A stretch of DNA of 52,319 bases, taken from Patescibacteria group bacterium (GTDB lineage: Bacteria > Patescibacteriota > Minisyncoccia > Phycocordibacterales > CSBR16-193). Where the stretch lies: positions 1-52,319 of the forward strand of contig JBNJEF010000001.1 of assembly GCA_051745565.1 (NCBI GenBank), written 5' to 3'. Under the pieces are notes generated by a model. The model saw only the letters and a program-made list of their open reading frames with translations. It had not been told where the DNA came from and ran no database searches. A program made the position numbers and the translations under genes. Each line of letters opens with the position of its first letter. The stretch's first letter is position 1. Shown here piece by piece: positions 8,717 through 17,109 of the stretch.

Positions 8717-9717
8717 ACTGTATTTATTGGTGTTCCTTTAATGAAGTTGATAATGTTTTCTACGGTTGTTTCTTGTATGCGTCGGAAGGCCTCTTTGGTG
8801 TTAAAAGCGTTGTGCGGAGTAACCAAAACTTTTGGGTGCTTTATGAGGAACTGATTACATAGTTGCGCTTTTAAAAGATCAATGTCAAGTTCCACATTAT
8901 CCGAAAGACAGACCTCTCCTTTTTTAAGAAGTCTTTCTTTTTCCATAACATCCAACGCCACTCCTTTCAGTATATCTTCTTCAAGACCTTTTATAAGAGC
9001 TTCTGTTTGAACCAGTTCTCCTCTGGAAGTGTTTATGAGCATACTTCCGGTTTTGAATGTTTTGATGTTCTCTTTATTTATCAAGTGGCGGGTGTGTTGG
9101 TTTAGGGGGGCGTGCAAGGTTATGATATCACTTTCTTGTAATACGGAATTGAATTCCTTATATTCAAAACCGATCTCCTCGGCCAGGTGTTCTTTGGGGA
9201 ATGGATCAGTGGCCAGTACCTCCATTCCGAAACCTTTCGCGATACGTGCCACGTTGGATCCTATTTTTCCCGTGCCTATTATTCCCAATCTTTTACCATG
9301 AAGGTCTATCCCTCTTAAGCCTTCTCTTGAAAAGACCCCCGTCTCTTTAGTTCTCTTGCAAGAAGAGCATATCTTACGAGAGATCGCCAGTATTAAGCCG
9401 AAAGTGTGCTCTGCCACGGTGTGCTCTCCGTAAGCGGGGACATTGGTCACAACAACTCCTCTTTCTCTGCACGCTTCAATATCTATATTGTCAAAACCCG
9501 TTGATCTGACAGCGATCATTTTAAGGGAAGGGAATTTGGATATTTCTTCAGAGTCTATTTTTTGCTTGAAGAAAAGAGAGAGTATCTCTGTTTGCTCTGC
9601 TTCTTCGCTAGATATATCATCAATAGTCTCAAAGAAATTGACCTCTGCCGAGTCCTGAAGATGAGATAGAACAAAGTCTCTTTCTTTATTGCTTCTCTGT
9701 ATGTAGGATACCTTCAC
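8713..9717 (-). CDS. D-isomer-specific 2-hydroxyacid dehydrogenase (D-lactate/glycerate dehydrogenase-like)
   Basis: GIIGTGKIGSNVA Rossmann motif, INTSRG, and the PHNAF catalytic His region. The track start at 9777 is TTG and overlaps ppsA by 50 nt. GTG at 9717 gives the family-typical N-terminus VKVSYIQ. Confidence 0.85.
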   Translation of the reverse strand: MKVSYIQRSNKERDFVLSHLQDSAEVNFFETIDDISSEEAEQTEILSLFFKQKIDSEEISKFPSLKMIAVRSTGFDNIDIEACRERGVVVTNVPAYGEHTVAEHTFGLILAISRKICSSCKRTKETGVFSREGLRGIDLHGKRLGIIGTGKIGSNVARIAKGFGMEVLATDPFPKEHLAEEIGFEYKEFNSVLQESDIITLHAPLNQHTRHLINKENIKTFKTGSMLINTSRGELVQTEALIKGLEEDILKGVALDVMEKERLLKKGEVCLSDNVELDIDLLKAQLCNQFLIKHPKVLVTPHNAFNTKEAFRRIQETTVENIINFIKGTPINTV

Positions 9718-9727
9718 GGATAAAGCG

Positions 9728-12151
9728 TTAAAAATCGCCTTCTTCTGAGAGTTTCTGTTCCTCGTCGCGTATTTCAAATTTCATGGGGATAATAGAGTCG
9801 GGGATAAGGGAGACGGAGTCAATTCTCTCTTGAATAAGGAAGCGCAAGAAGTCTTTATAATCGGAGGGCGCTTGTCCGCAGAATCCAATGTATTTTCCTC
9901 TTTCTTTACATTTCTTAATGGCTTCGGAAACAAAACGTTTAACCGAAGGATCGTTTTCGTTTGAAATACCGGCTACTATGGAAGAGTCTCTGTCCAAACC
10001 GAGAGTTAGTTGAGCCAGGTCGTTAGACCCGATGGAGAATCCGTCAAAGAGATCAAGGAAATCATCGGCACGGAGGACGTTTGTCGGCAGTTCGCACATT
10101 ACGTAAACCAAAAGTCCGTCTTCACCTTTTGCTAATCCGCACTCGGCCATTATTTCCAATACGCGTTGACCTTCTTCGGGTGTTCGGCAGAAGGGAACCA
10201 TTACGGCCAAATTTTTTAGACCGAATTCTTCTCTTATCTTTTTCATGGCTTCACATTCAAGCTTGAAGGCTTCGGTAAATTCCGGATGAGCGTACCTTGA
10301 AGCACCTCTCCATCCGATCATGGGATTTTCTTCTTCGGGCTCGTATTCTTGACCGCCGATAAGGGTCGCGTATTCGTTTGTTTTAAAGTCTGAGAACCTT
10401 ACAATGACTCTTTTGGGGTGAAAAGCGGCCGCTATTTGGCCCACACCTTCAGCCAATTTATCAACGTAGAACTGTCTTTTGTCTTCGTATCCGGCGGTTA
10501 CTTCGTCAATTTTCTTTTTTAAGGATGCTGACTGTGAGGAGTAATTTAATAGAGCAAGAGGATGCACTTTTATATGGGAAGCAATAACGAACTCTTCTCG
10601 GGCTAGGCCGACGCCATCGTTCGGGATAGATGAGTAAACCAAGGCGCTTTCCGGACTTCCGATGTTCATGGAAACATGAGTTTGCGTTTGAGGTATTTCG
10701 TCTATTTTGTGAACGGATTCTTCCCAGTCAAGTTTACCTTTATATATCTTTCCCACGGTTCCGCTGGAAGTGTCGCAGGTGATGGTCTGTCCATTCTTTA
10801 TGACCTTGCGAGCATTGGGTACTCCGATAACGGCGGGGATACCGAGTTCTCTTGAAACAATAGCTGCGTGGGATGTTCTTCCTCCTTTTTCCGTTACGAT
10901 AGCGGAAGCTATTTTCATTATCGGTTCCCAGTCAGGGTCGGTTATCTCCGTAACCAAAACCTCTCCTTCTTTGAAGTCGTGGATATTCTCAACCGAATCT
11001 ATTACTCTTGCTTTGCCCGAAGCTATTTTTGTACCTACTGCTATTCCTTCGGCTATATGTTCTTCGTCTGATTCAAGATGATACTCTCTTATTTCCATAC
11101 TCTTATCTTCGGCGTGGATGGTCTCCGGTCGGGCTTGTACTATGAAAAGATCTCCGCTTTCTCCGTCTTTGGCCCATTCAATATCCATAGGTGAGTGGTG
11201 TCCCGCTTTTTCCGAATAATGTCTTTCTATTTCCGACCCCCAATGTGCCAGCGTCAGAATATCTTCGTCATTTAGAGCGTAAGCTTTTCTTTCTTTTTGA
11301 GTAGTTTCCACCTCTTTGGTGGGGGAGTCTCCTTTGGAGCTGTATACCATTTTTATTCCCTTTGCTCCTAAGGTTCTTTTAATTATGGGTCGGAAACCTT
11401 CGTTTAAAGTGGTTTTGAAAACGAGATATTCATCAGGATTCACTTTTCCCTGTACAACCATCTCTCCCAGGCCCCAGGCCGCGCTTATTTGCACCACGTC
11501 TCTGAATCCGGATTCGGTGTCCAAGGTGAACATCACTCCGGAGGCACCTTTATCTGATCGAACCATCTTTTGTACGCCTACTGATAGGGCAACGTCAAAG
11601 TGGTCAAAGCCCTTATCCTGTCTATATGAAATAGCTCTGTCGTTGAAAAGGGAAGACATGGCATGTTTTACGTATTTCAGCACGCTATCTATGCCGACAA
11701 CATTAAGGTATGTATCATGCTCGCCGGCAAAACTTGCTCCCGGCAGATCCTCTGCGGTAGCTGATGATCTCACTGCTACATCGGCGGCGTTTTGGTTATA
11801 AGCGTTTGAGAGGTTTCTGTAAGCGGTCTCAATTTCTTCGGTGAGTTCCGGAGAAAGGTCGGCCTTGATTATTGCTTCTCTAACTTTTTTTCCGGCTTTT
11901 TGTAATGCTTTAATATCACTGGTATCCAAGTTCTCCAAGGTGGAGCGTATCAAGGGCTCCAGCCCCGCTTCATTAATAAAGCGTCGGTATCCTTCCGCTG
12001 TCACCACGAAACCATTAGGTACTCTTATACCTCTCTCGGCAAGGGTGGTGTACATCTCTCCCAGTGATGCATTCTTACCGCCGACCTTTTCAACATCATT
12101 GTTGTTCAATTGGTCAAACCATAGTACTAAGGATTGATTTTTTTCTAGCAT
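9728..12151 (-). CDS. ppsA: phosphoenolpyruvate synthase (pyruvate, water dikinase)
   Basis: 807 aa with a GGKNASLGEM ATP-grasp N-terminus, GGRTSHAAIVSRELGIPAV phosphohistidine swivel domain, and a C-terminal PEP-utilising TIM barrel (SIGSNDLAQ). Confidence 0.95.
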   Translation of the reverse strand: MLEKNQSLVLWFDQLNNNDVEKVGGKNASLGEMYTTLAERGIRVPNGFVVTAEGYRRFINEAGLEPLIRSTLENLDTSDIKALQKAGKKVREAIIKADLSPELTEEIETAYRNLSNAYNQNAADVAVRSSATAEDLPGASFAGEHDTYLNVVGIDSVLKYVKHAMSSLFNDRAISYRQDKGFDHFDVALSVGVQKMVRSDKGASGVMFTLDTESGFRDVVQISAAWGLGEMVVQGKVNPDEYLVFKTTLNEGFRPIIKRTLGAKGIKMVYSSKGDSPTKEVETTQKERKAYALNDEDILTLAHWGSEIERHYSEKAGHHSPMDIEWAKDGESGDLFIVQARPETIHAEDKSMEIREYHLESDEEHIAEGIAVGTKIASGKARVIDSVENIHDFKEGEVLVTEITDPDWEPIMKIASAIVTEKGGRTSHAAIVSRELGIPAVIGVPNARKVIKNGQTITCDTSSGTVGKIYKGKLDWEESVHKIDEIPQTQTHVSMNIGSPESALVYSSIPNDGVGLAREEFVIASHIKVHPLALLNYSSQSASLKKKIDEVTAGYEDKRQFYVDKLAEGVGQIAAAFHPKRVIVRFSDFKTNEYATLIGGQEYEPEEENPMIGWRGASRYAHPEFTEAFKLECEAMKKIREEFGLKNLAVMVPFCRTPEEGQRVLEIMAECGLAKGEDGLLVYVMCELPTNVLRADDFLDLFDGFSIGSNDLAQLTLGLDRDSSIVAGISNENDPSVKRFVSEAIKKCKERGKYIGFCGQAPSDYKDFLRFLIQERIDSVSLIPDSIIPMKFEIRDEEQKLSEEGDF

Positions 12152-12161
12152 ATTTATTTGA

Positions 12162-13433
12162 TTATTTATAATTTAATAAAATATATAGATCGGAGACGTT
12201 ACTTCCTGTTGGTCCGGTTATTATGTGGTCGCCGACTTTAGTAAAAAAGTTGTAACTATCATTTTCCGAGATAAATTCTTTTAGGTCAAGGTGTAACTTA
12301 TCCGCAGTTTCCATTGTGCTCTTGTCACAGATAGCTCCGGCGACATCGGTGTTATCTATACCGTCGGAAGCAGCCGAAATGAAAACGGCTTTTTCCGGTA
12401 AATGAAGCAGAGCGGACAGAGCTGTTTCTTGATTGCGTCCTCCTTTGCCGGAGCCGGTTATGGTTACCGTTGTTTCTCCGCCTCCTATCTTAACTTCTCC
12501 CGGTTGAAGCTCGCTCTGTGCAAAACTCTTGCCGACATCACCGGCTTCTCCGGATACCGTCCTTTCTGTGGGGACTGTTTTATACCCTAACTCCTGTGCT
12601 TTCTCCTCCATTTTTTCTATGGCATCAGCGTTGGTAACGAATAGCCTATTGGTAACTTTTTCAAACCATTTATCCTCTTTGGGGGTTTCTGTCAGCTGAA
12701 AGTCGGTGTCCTCTATTTTGTATTTCTCAAGTATCGCTTTAGCGTCCTCAACAGAGGTCTCGTCTTTGACGGTGGGGCCGGAAGCTATGACCGAGATGTC
12801 ATCGCCCAATACGTCAGAGAAGATAAGGGAGATCACTTCGGCCGGATGTGCCATTTTTGCCATCTGTCCTCCTTTAATGGATGAGAGGTGTTTTCGGACG
12901 GTGTTCAATTCGTAAATATCGGCTCCCTTTTTGGTTAAGGCCTTGGTGGTCTCAATGAGAGTGTTGCAGTCTGAATGATAGGGAAGACACAAAAGAGCCG
13001 AACCGCCTCCGGAGATCACTGTCAGAATAAGATCTTCCTCTGTGGCTGAGTTTAAAAGATCAGCTACTTCTTTTGAGGCGATAACATTCTTCTCTGAAGG
13101 CCAAGGATGACTTCCGGTGTATGTTCTTATTATATCGAGCTCTCCTTCGTTAGTATCAATAATCACTCCGTCGGTTATTTTTTTTCCCAGTATATCTTCC
13201 ATTATACCGCCTGCTTCAAGAGCACATTTACCGATACCTATAAAGTAGATGTTCTTATAATTGGAAAGAGGAAGTTCTTTATCCTCTATGAAAAGACTCT
13301 CGCTTTCTACCTTCATCTTGGATCGCATAATCCTCTCAGTATTAATGGAATCAAGCCCCGATTCTAGGATGGCGAGAGCATCCGCTCTGGCCGGAGTTAT
13401 TGCCAGTTCGGAGAAGTTTTTAATGTAAGCCAT
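12162..13433 (-). CDS. glycerate 2-kinase (MOFRL / DUF4147 family)
   Basis: 423 aa with GIGKCALEAG, ISGGGSALL and GGETTVTITGSGKGGRNQE motifs characteristic of MOFRL-type glycerate kinases. Confidence 0.85.
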   Translation of the reverse strand: MAYIKNFSELAITPARADALAILESGLDSINTERIMRSKMKVESESLFIEDKELPLSNYKNIYFIGIGKCALEAGGIMEDILGKKITDGVIIDTNEGELDIIRTYTGSHPWPSEKNVIASKEVADLLNSATEEDLILTVISGGGSALLCLPYHSDCNTLIETTKALTKKGADIYELNTVRKHLSSIKGGQMAKMAHPAEVISLIFSDVLGDDISVIASGPTVKDETSVEDAKAILEKYKIEDTDFQLTETPKEDKWFEKVTNRLFVTNADAIEKMEEKAQELGYKTVPTERTVSGEAGDVGKSFAQSELQPGEVKIGGGETTVTITGSGKGGRNQETALSALLHLPEKAVFISAASDGIDNTDVAGAICDKSTMETADKLHLDLKEFISENDSYNFFTKVGDHIITGPTGSNVSDLYILLNYK

Positions 13434-13481
13434 TATTTAATTTTATTCCGTTTACAGGATGTGTTCAATGGATAACCAAAG

Positions 13482-13509
13482 CCCTACACTTTACGAGTAA
13501 AGTGTAGGG
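13482..13509. other. perfect 12-bp hairpin in the glycerate kinase leader region
   Basis: ccctacacttta-cgag-taaagtgtaggg. It shares the core ACTTTAC-nAG-TAAAGT with a helix inside rnpB (35737-35764). Confidence 0.6.
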
Positions 13510-13690
13510 AAATCCCAAATTCCAAATAACAAATTCCAAATAAATTCAAAATTAGAAATCCCCCCGTCCCCAATTTTGCGAGATTGATTTAATTAAGGCG
13601 TAAAGGCAAAGCAAAGAATTGAATATTAAGCGTTCAACACTTCGCCCAACAAGGGATACTCTATTCGCGCCCGCGTTGAACGAAACAGCT

Positions 13691-13776
13691 TTAGCGCAAA
13701 GCGCTATTCCACAGGGTTTACCATGTGGAATAATTTCACCTGTGGTGAAATTAGCGCAAAGCGCTATTCCACAGGG
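13691..13776. repeat. two perfect 26-bp direct repeats with palindromic cores, 60-bp period
   Basis: ttagcgcaaagcgctattccacaggg occurs at 13691-13716 and 13751-13776. The 34-nt spacer forms stems with the repeats (attccaca/tgtggaat and aatttcacc/ggtgaaatt). Confidence 0.9.
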
Positions 13777-13778
13777 CA

Positions 13779-13822
13779 AAACCCCTTGCTCTTTCTACAA
13801 AAAAGCAAGGGGTTTTATATTT
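13779..13822. terminator. strong bidirectional intrinsic terminator-like hairpin
   Basis: aaaccccttgc (13779-13789) pairs with gcaaggggttt (13805-13815), an 11-bp stem flanked by A-rich and T-rich runs. No upstream plus-strand CDS exists for it to terminate. Confidence 0.7.
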
Positions 13823-13874
13823 AGCTATTCTTTTTGGACTCTTTTTGCTTTTATTGTTATATTTCTATGCAAAT

Positions 13875-13959
13875 GCCGTGGTGGCGGAATTGGTAGACGC
13901 GCTGCGTTCAGGTCGCAGTTCCCTTCAAGGGAGTGGGAGTTCAACTCTCCCCCACGGCA
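13875..13959 (+). tRNA. tRNA-Leu (anticodon CAG), long variable arm
   Basis: Acceptor gccgtgg/ccacggc, anticodon arm ctgcg-ttCAGgt-cgcag, variable arm ttcccttcaagggagt, T arm gggag-ttcaact-ctccc. Confidence 0.93.
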
Positions 13960-13990
13960 CAAAAAGTTAACCCTTTCTAATCAAAGTACG

Positions 13991-15334
13991 ATGACCTCTT
14001 ATAGAGAATATTTTAAAGGAAAGAGAATAACTCTTATGGGGTTGGGTTTGTTGGGAAGGGGTGTTGGAGATGCTCGTTTTTTGGCCGAGCAAGGTGCAAA
14101 AGTCATCGTGACCGATCTTAAAAGTGAAGAGGACCTAAAAGAGAGCTTAAGATCCCTAAAGGATCTTAAAAACATCTCTTTTGTTCTGGGTGAACACAGA
14201 ATGGAGGATTTTGAAAAGGCTGATCTGGTTATAAAAGGAGCGGGGGTTCCCTTAAATTCTCCTTACATAGAAAAAGCCCGTCTTAGAAATGTGCCTGTTA
14301 GAATGAGCGCCGCTTTGTTCGCCGAGTTCTCTCCTGCCAGGATCGTGGGAGTAACAGGGACCAAGGGAAAGACCACTGTTTCTTTTCTTTTGCATCATAT
14401 TCTCAAAGAAGCCGGAGAAAATGTTTTCCTGGGAGGAAATGCTCGGCTTATTTCCACTTTGGCGCACTTACCGGAAAGCAAGGAAGACGAGATCGCTGTT
14501 TTAGAACTTGATTCATGGCAACTTCAGGGTTTTGCCGAGGCGCGTATTTCTCCCTCTGTTTCTGTTTTTACAAACTTTATGCCGGACCATCTCAATTATT
14601 ACAAGGGAGATATGGATGCTTATTTTCATGATAAGGCGCAGATATTTGCTCACCAAAAAAAGGAGAACACCCTTATCCTTACCGAGGAACTTTTACAGGA
14701 AATTAAGGAAAGATACAAAGGAGAAATAAAGAGTGAAATTGATATAGCTTCGCCTAATGATGTCTCTGAAGATCTTGGGTTTACAATGGTCGGACAACAT
14801 AACCGACTTAATGCCTCTTTGGCCCTTAAGGCTTCAAGGGTACTGGGGGTTTCTAATAATAAAGGGGAAAGCGCTTTGCGTACTTTTGGTGGAGTTTCAG
14901 GAAGATTGGATCACTTGGGTTCTTTCAAGCAAAGGAGATTTTACAATGACAATAACGCAACAGCTCCGGAGGCTACCGTTGCTTCCATACTGGCACTAAA
15001 AGAAAAAGGCGGGGTTATTCTTATTGCCGGTGGAGCCAATAAAGATCTACCGCTGGAGGGATTAAGGAGAGCCATTGAGAACTCCGTCTTTAAGGCTTTT
15101 CTTTTGCCCGGTTCCGGAACTGATAGATTAAGAGAGATGACCGATCCTTCAAAAATAGAAATGGTTTCGGATATTAGGGAAGCTCTTAAGCGTGCCTATT
15201 CGGTCTCCAAAGAAGGCGATGCTATACTTTTCAGTCCCGCTTTCGCTTCTTTTTCGCAATTCAAGAATGAATACGAAAGAGAGAAAAAGTTATTGGAGGA
15301 ATTGGAGAAAGGGGAGTTCAAGCTTGAAAAATAA
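13991..15334 (+). CDS. murD: UDP-N-acetylmuramoylalanine--D-glutamate ligase
   Basis: GLGLLGRGVG N-terminal Rossmann-like domain, GVTGTKGKTT P-loop, and Mur ligase middle and C-terminal domains. The track ORF 5' extension (from 13619) runs through tRNA-Leu and is spurious. Confidence 0.9.
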   Translation: MTSYREYFKGKRITLMGLGLLGRGVGDARFLAEQGAKVIVTDLKSEEDLKESLRSLKDLKNISFVLGEHRMEDFEKADLVIKGAGVPLNSPYIEKARLRNVPVRMSAALFAEFSPARIVGVTGTKGKTTVSFLLHHILKEAGENVFLGGNARLISTLAHLPESKEDEIAVLELDSWQLQGFAEARISPSVSVFTNFMPDHLNYYKGDMDAYFHDKAQIFAHQKKENTLILTEELLQEIKERYKGEIKSEIDIASPNDVSEDLGFTMVGQHNRLNASLALKASRVLGVSNNKGESALRTFGGVSGRLDHLGSFKQRRFYNDNNATAPEATVASILALKEKGGVILIAGGANKDLPLEGLRRAIENSVFKAFLLPGSGTDRLREMTDPSKIEMVSDIREALKRAYSVSKEGDAILFSPAFASFSQFKNEYEREKKLLEELEKGEFKLEK

Positions 15335-15407
15335 TTACCGGTGATCGCTCTGCCGGTGACTCATTATCCTCATTTTAATGTATAGCATATATGCTATACT
15401 GTTTTTT

Positions 15408-16724
15408 ATGAGTTTTGTATTGGATCAGTTTGAGAATATTCATTTTTCCGGTATAGGCGGGATAGGCATGTCCGCTCTGGCAAGGATGTTTTTGAGCAAG
15501 AATATAAATGTCTCAGGTTCAGATCAGTCAAAGACAAAGATAACGGAATCTCTTTCCAAAGAAGGTGCAACTATTTTCTATGAAGAATCCAGGGGTAACA
15601 TAAATGAATACTGCGATGCTCTTATATATACACCCGCGCTATCTGGCGACCATCCTGAGCTCGTAGAGGCCGCTGAAAGGAATATACCTGTTTTTTCTTA
15701 TCCGGAAGCCCTGGGTTTCGTTTCCAAGGAGATCTTCACTATAGCCGTTTCGGGAACACATGGAAAAACGACCACCACTGCTATGATAGCTCATATTCTG
15801 AAAGAAGCGGGAATGGATCCTACCGTTATTGTAGGATCTTTGCTGAAGGATTGGGGAGAAGGAGACGGCGGTTCCAATTTTCTTGCCGGTTCGGGGAAGT
15901 ATTTTGTGGTGGAAGCGTGTGAATACAAGCGTTCCTTCAATCATCTTCATCCCGATATATTGGTTATTACCAATATAGAGGAAGATCATCTTGATTATTA
16001 TAAAGACCTTTCTGATATTCAAGAGGCCTTCGGACAGATAATCTCTAAGGTCTCTCCAAAGGGAGCCGTGGTTTGTGCCGATAAGGACGAGAAAGTACGA
16101 CCGATACTGAAATTATCAAAAGCGCCGGTATATGATTACAAAGAAATAGATATAAAGAAAGGATCTCTCAATGTTCCCGGGGAACATAATCGTCTGAATG
16201 CCTTAGCCGCTACCACCGCGACGAGCGTCTTGGGTGTTCCTTCAAAGAAGGCTGTCAGTATTCTCGGTTCCTTTAAGGGTACTTGGAGGAGATTTGAGTA
16301 TAAAGGCAAAACCTCCAAAGGAGCTTTAGTTTATGATGACTATGCGCATCATCCCAGTGAAATATCAGCTACCATTAATGCAGCACGAGACAGTTTTCCT
16401 GCTAGTAATATCGTAGTCGTTTTTCAGCCTCATCTTTACAGTCGCACCGAAGCTTTTTTTGAAGAAATAGTGAATTCTTTGGCAAAAGCGGATAAGGTTA
16501 TCATGGTGCCTGTTTACCAAGCCAGAAAAGAAAACCACACTCCTACTCCTTCTTCCTCACAGATAGCAAAAGCACTTAAAAGAAAAGGGGTAAACGCTTT
16601 CTCGGTGCGCTCTCTTGAGAGGTCGGCCTCCTTGGCTTTTGATATTTCCGGATCTGAAGACGTTGTTGTTATGATGGGTGCCGGCGATATATATACCGCA
16701 ACAGAGCGACTATTGGAGAAATGA
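15408..16724 (+). CDS. murC: UDP-N-acetylmuramate--L-alanine ligase
   Basis: HFSGIGGIGMSALA, VSGTHGKTTT and DDYAHHPSEI motifs. An alternative ATG lies at 15378. Confidence 0.92.
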   Translation: MSFVLDQFENIHFSGIGGIGMSALARMFLSKNINVSGSDQSKTKITESLSKEGATIFYEESRGNINEYCDALIYTPALSGDHPELVEAAERNIPVFSYPEALGFVSKEIFTIAVSGTHGKTTTTAMIAHILKEAGMDPTVIVGSLLKDWGEGDGGSNFLAGSGKYFVVEACEYKRSFNHLHPDILVITNIEEDHLDYYKDLSDIQEAFGQIISKVSPKGAVVCADKDEKVRPILKLSKAPVYDYKEIDIKKGSLNVPGEHNRLNALAATTATSVLGVPSKKAVSILGSFKGTWRRFEYKGKTSKGALVYDDYAHHPSEISATINAARDSFPASNIVVVFQPHLYSRTEAFFEEIVNSLAKADKVIMVPVYQARKENHTPTPSSSQIAKALKRKGVNAFSVRSLERSASLAFDISGSEDVVVMMGAGDIYTATERLLEK

Positions 16725-16782
16725 GACAATAAGGTTATAATGCTTTTCCGGATCAAATACTAAAATTAAACAAAGAATCTAT

Positions 16783-17109
16783 ATGTTCATGTCAAGATCA
16801 ACATTAATAATAGTAGCGGCTTTTTTTGTAATGATAGTACCCTTTTTAGGCTTTCCCAGGAGCTGGGAGCCCAAGGTTCTAATTATTTTGGGAGGAGTTA
16901 TTTTATTAGTTGAGTTATACGCGGTTTTGACGCGTGCCCAGGAGGCCTTCTTTCGTGATTACGAAGTTAATACAGAGGTATACGCCGAGAGGATCCAAGG
17001 CAGGATCACGTCCAAGAAAAACAAAAAAGGAAATAATGAGGAAGTCTCTTCGGATGACAATTCGGATGAAGAAAATTTAAAAGAGTTAAAAGATAAAGAA
17101 AATGAATAG
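16783..17109 (+). CDS. small membrane protein with acidic C-terminal tail, hypothetical
   Basis: 108 aa with two hydrophobic segments followed by SSDDNSDEENLKELKDKENE. It overlaps the next gene by 8 nt. Confidence 0.5.
   Translation: MFMSRSTLIIVAAFFVMIVPFLGFPRSWEPKVLIILGGVILLVELYAVLTRAQEAFFRDYEVNTEVYAERIQGRITSKKNKKGNNEEVSSDDNSDEENLKELKDKENE

Noticed and set aside
13691-13776. CRISPR-like appearance (26-bp repeat, 34-bp spacer, 26-bp repeat)
   Set aside because: There are only two repeat copies. The spacer is base-paired with the repeats. No leader or cas genes lie nearby, and a terminator follows immediately. This is better explained as a structured RNA or regulatory locus.
13619-13990. 5' part of the 571-aa track ORF (13619-15334) and the antisense 75-aa ORF (13552-13779) with repeated PCGIALCA / AQSAIPQG peptides
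   Set aside because: The reading frames run straight through the 26-bp DNA repeats, a terminator hairpin and the tRNA-Leu gene. The repeated peptides are just translations of the DNA repeats. murD begins at ATG 13991 with a family-typical N-terminus.
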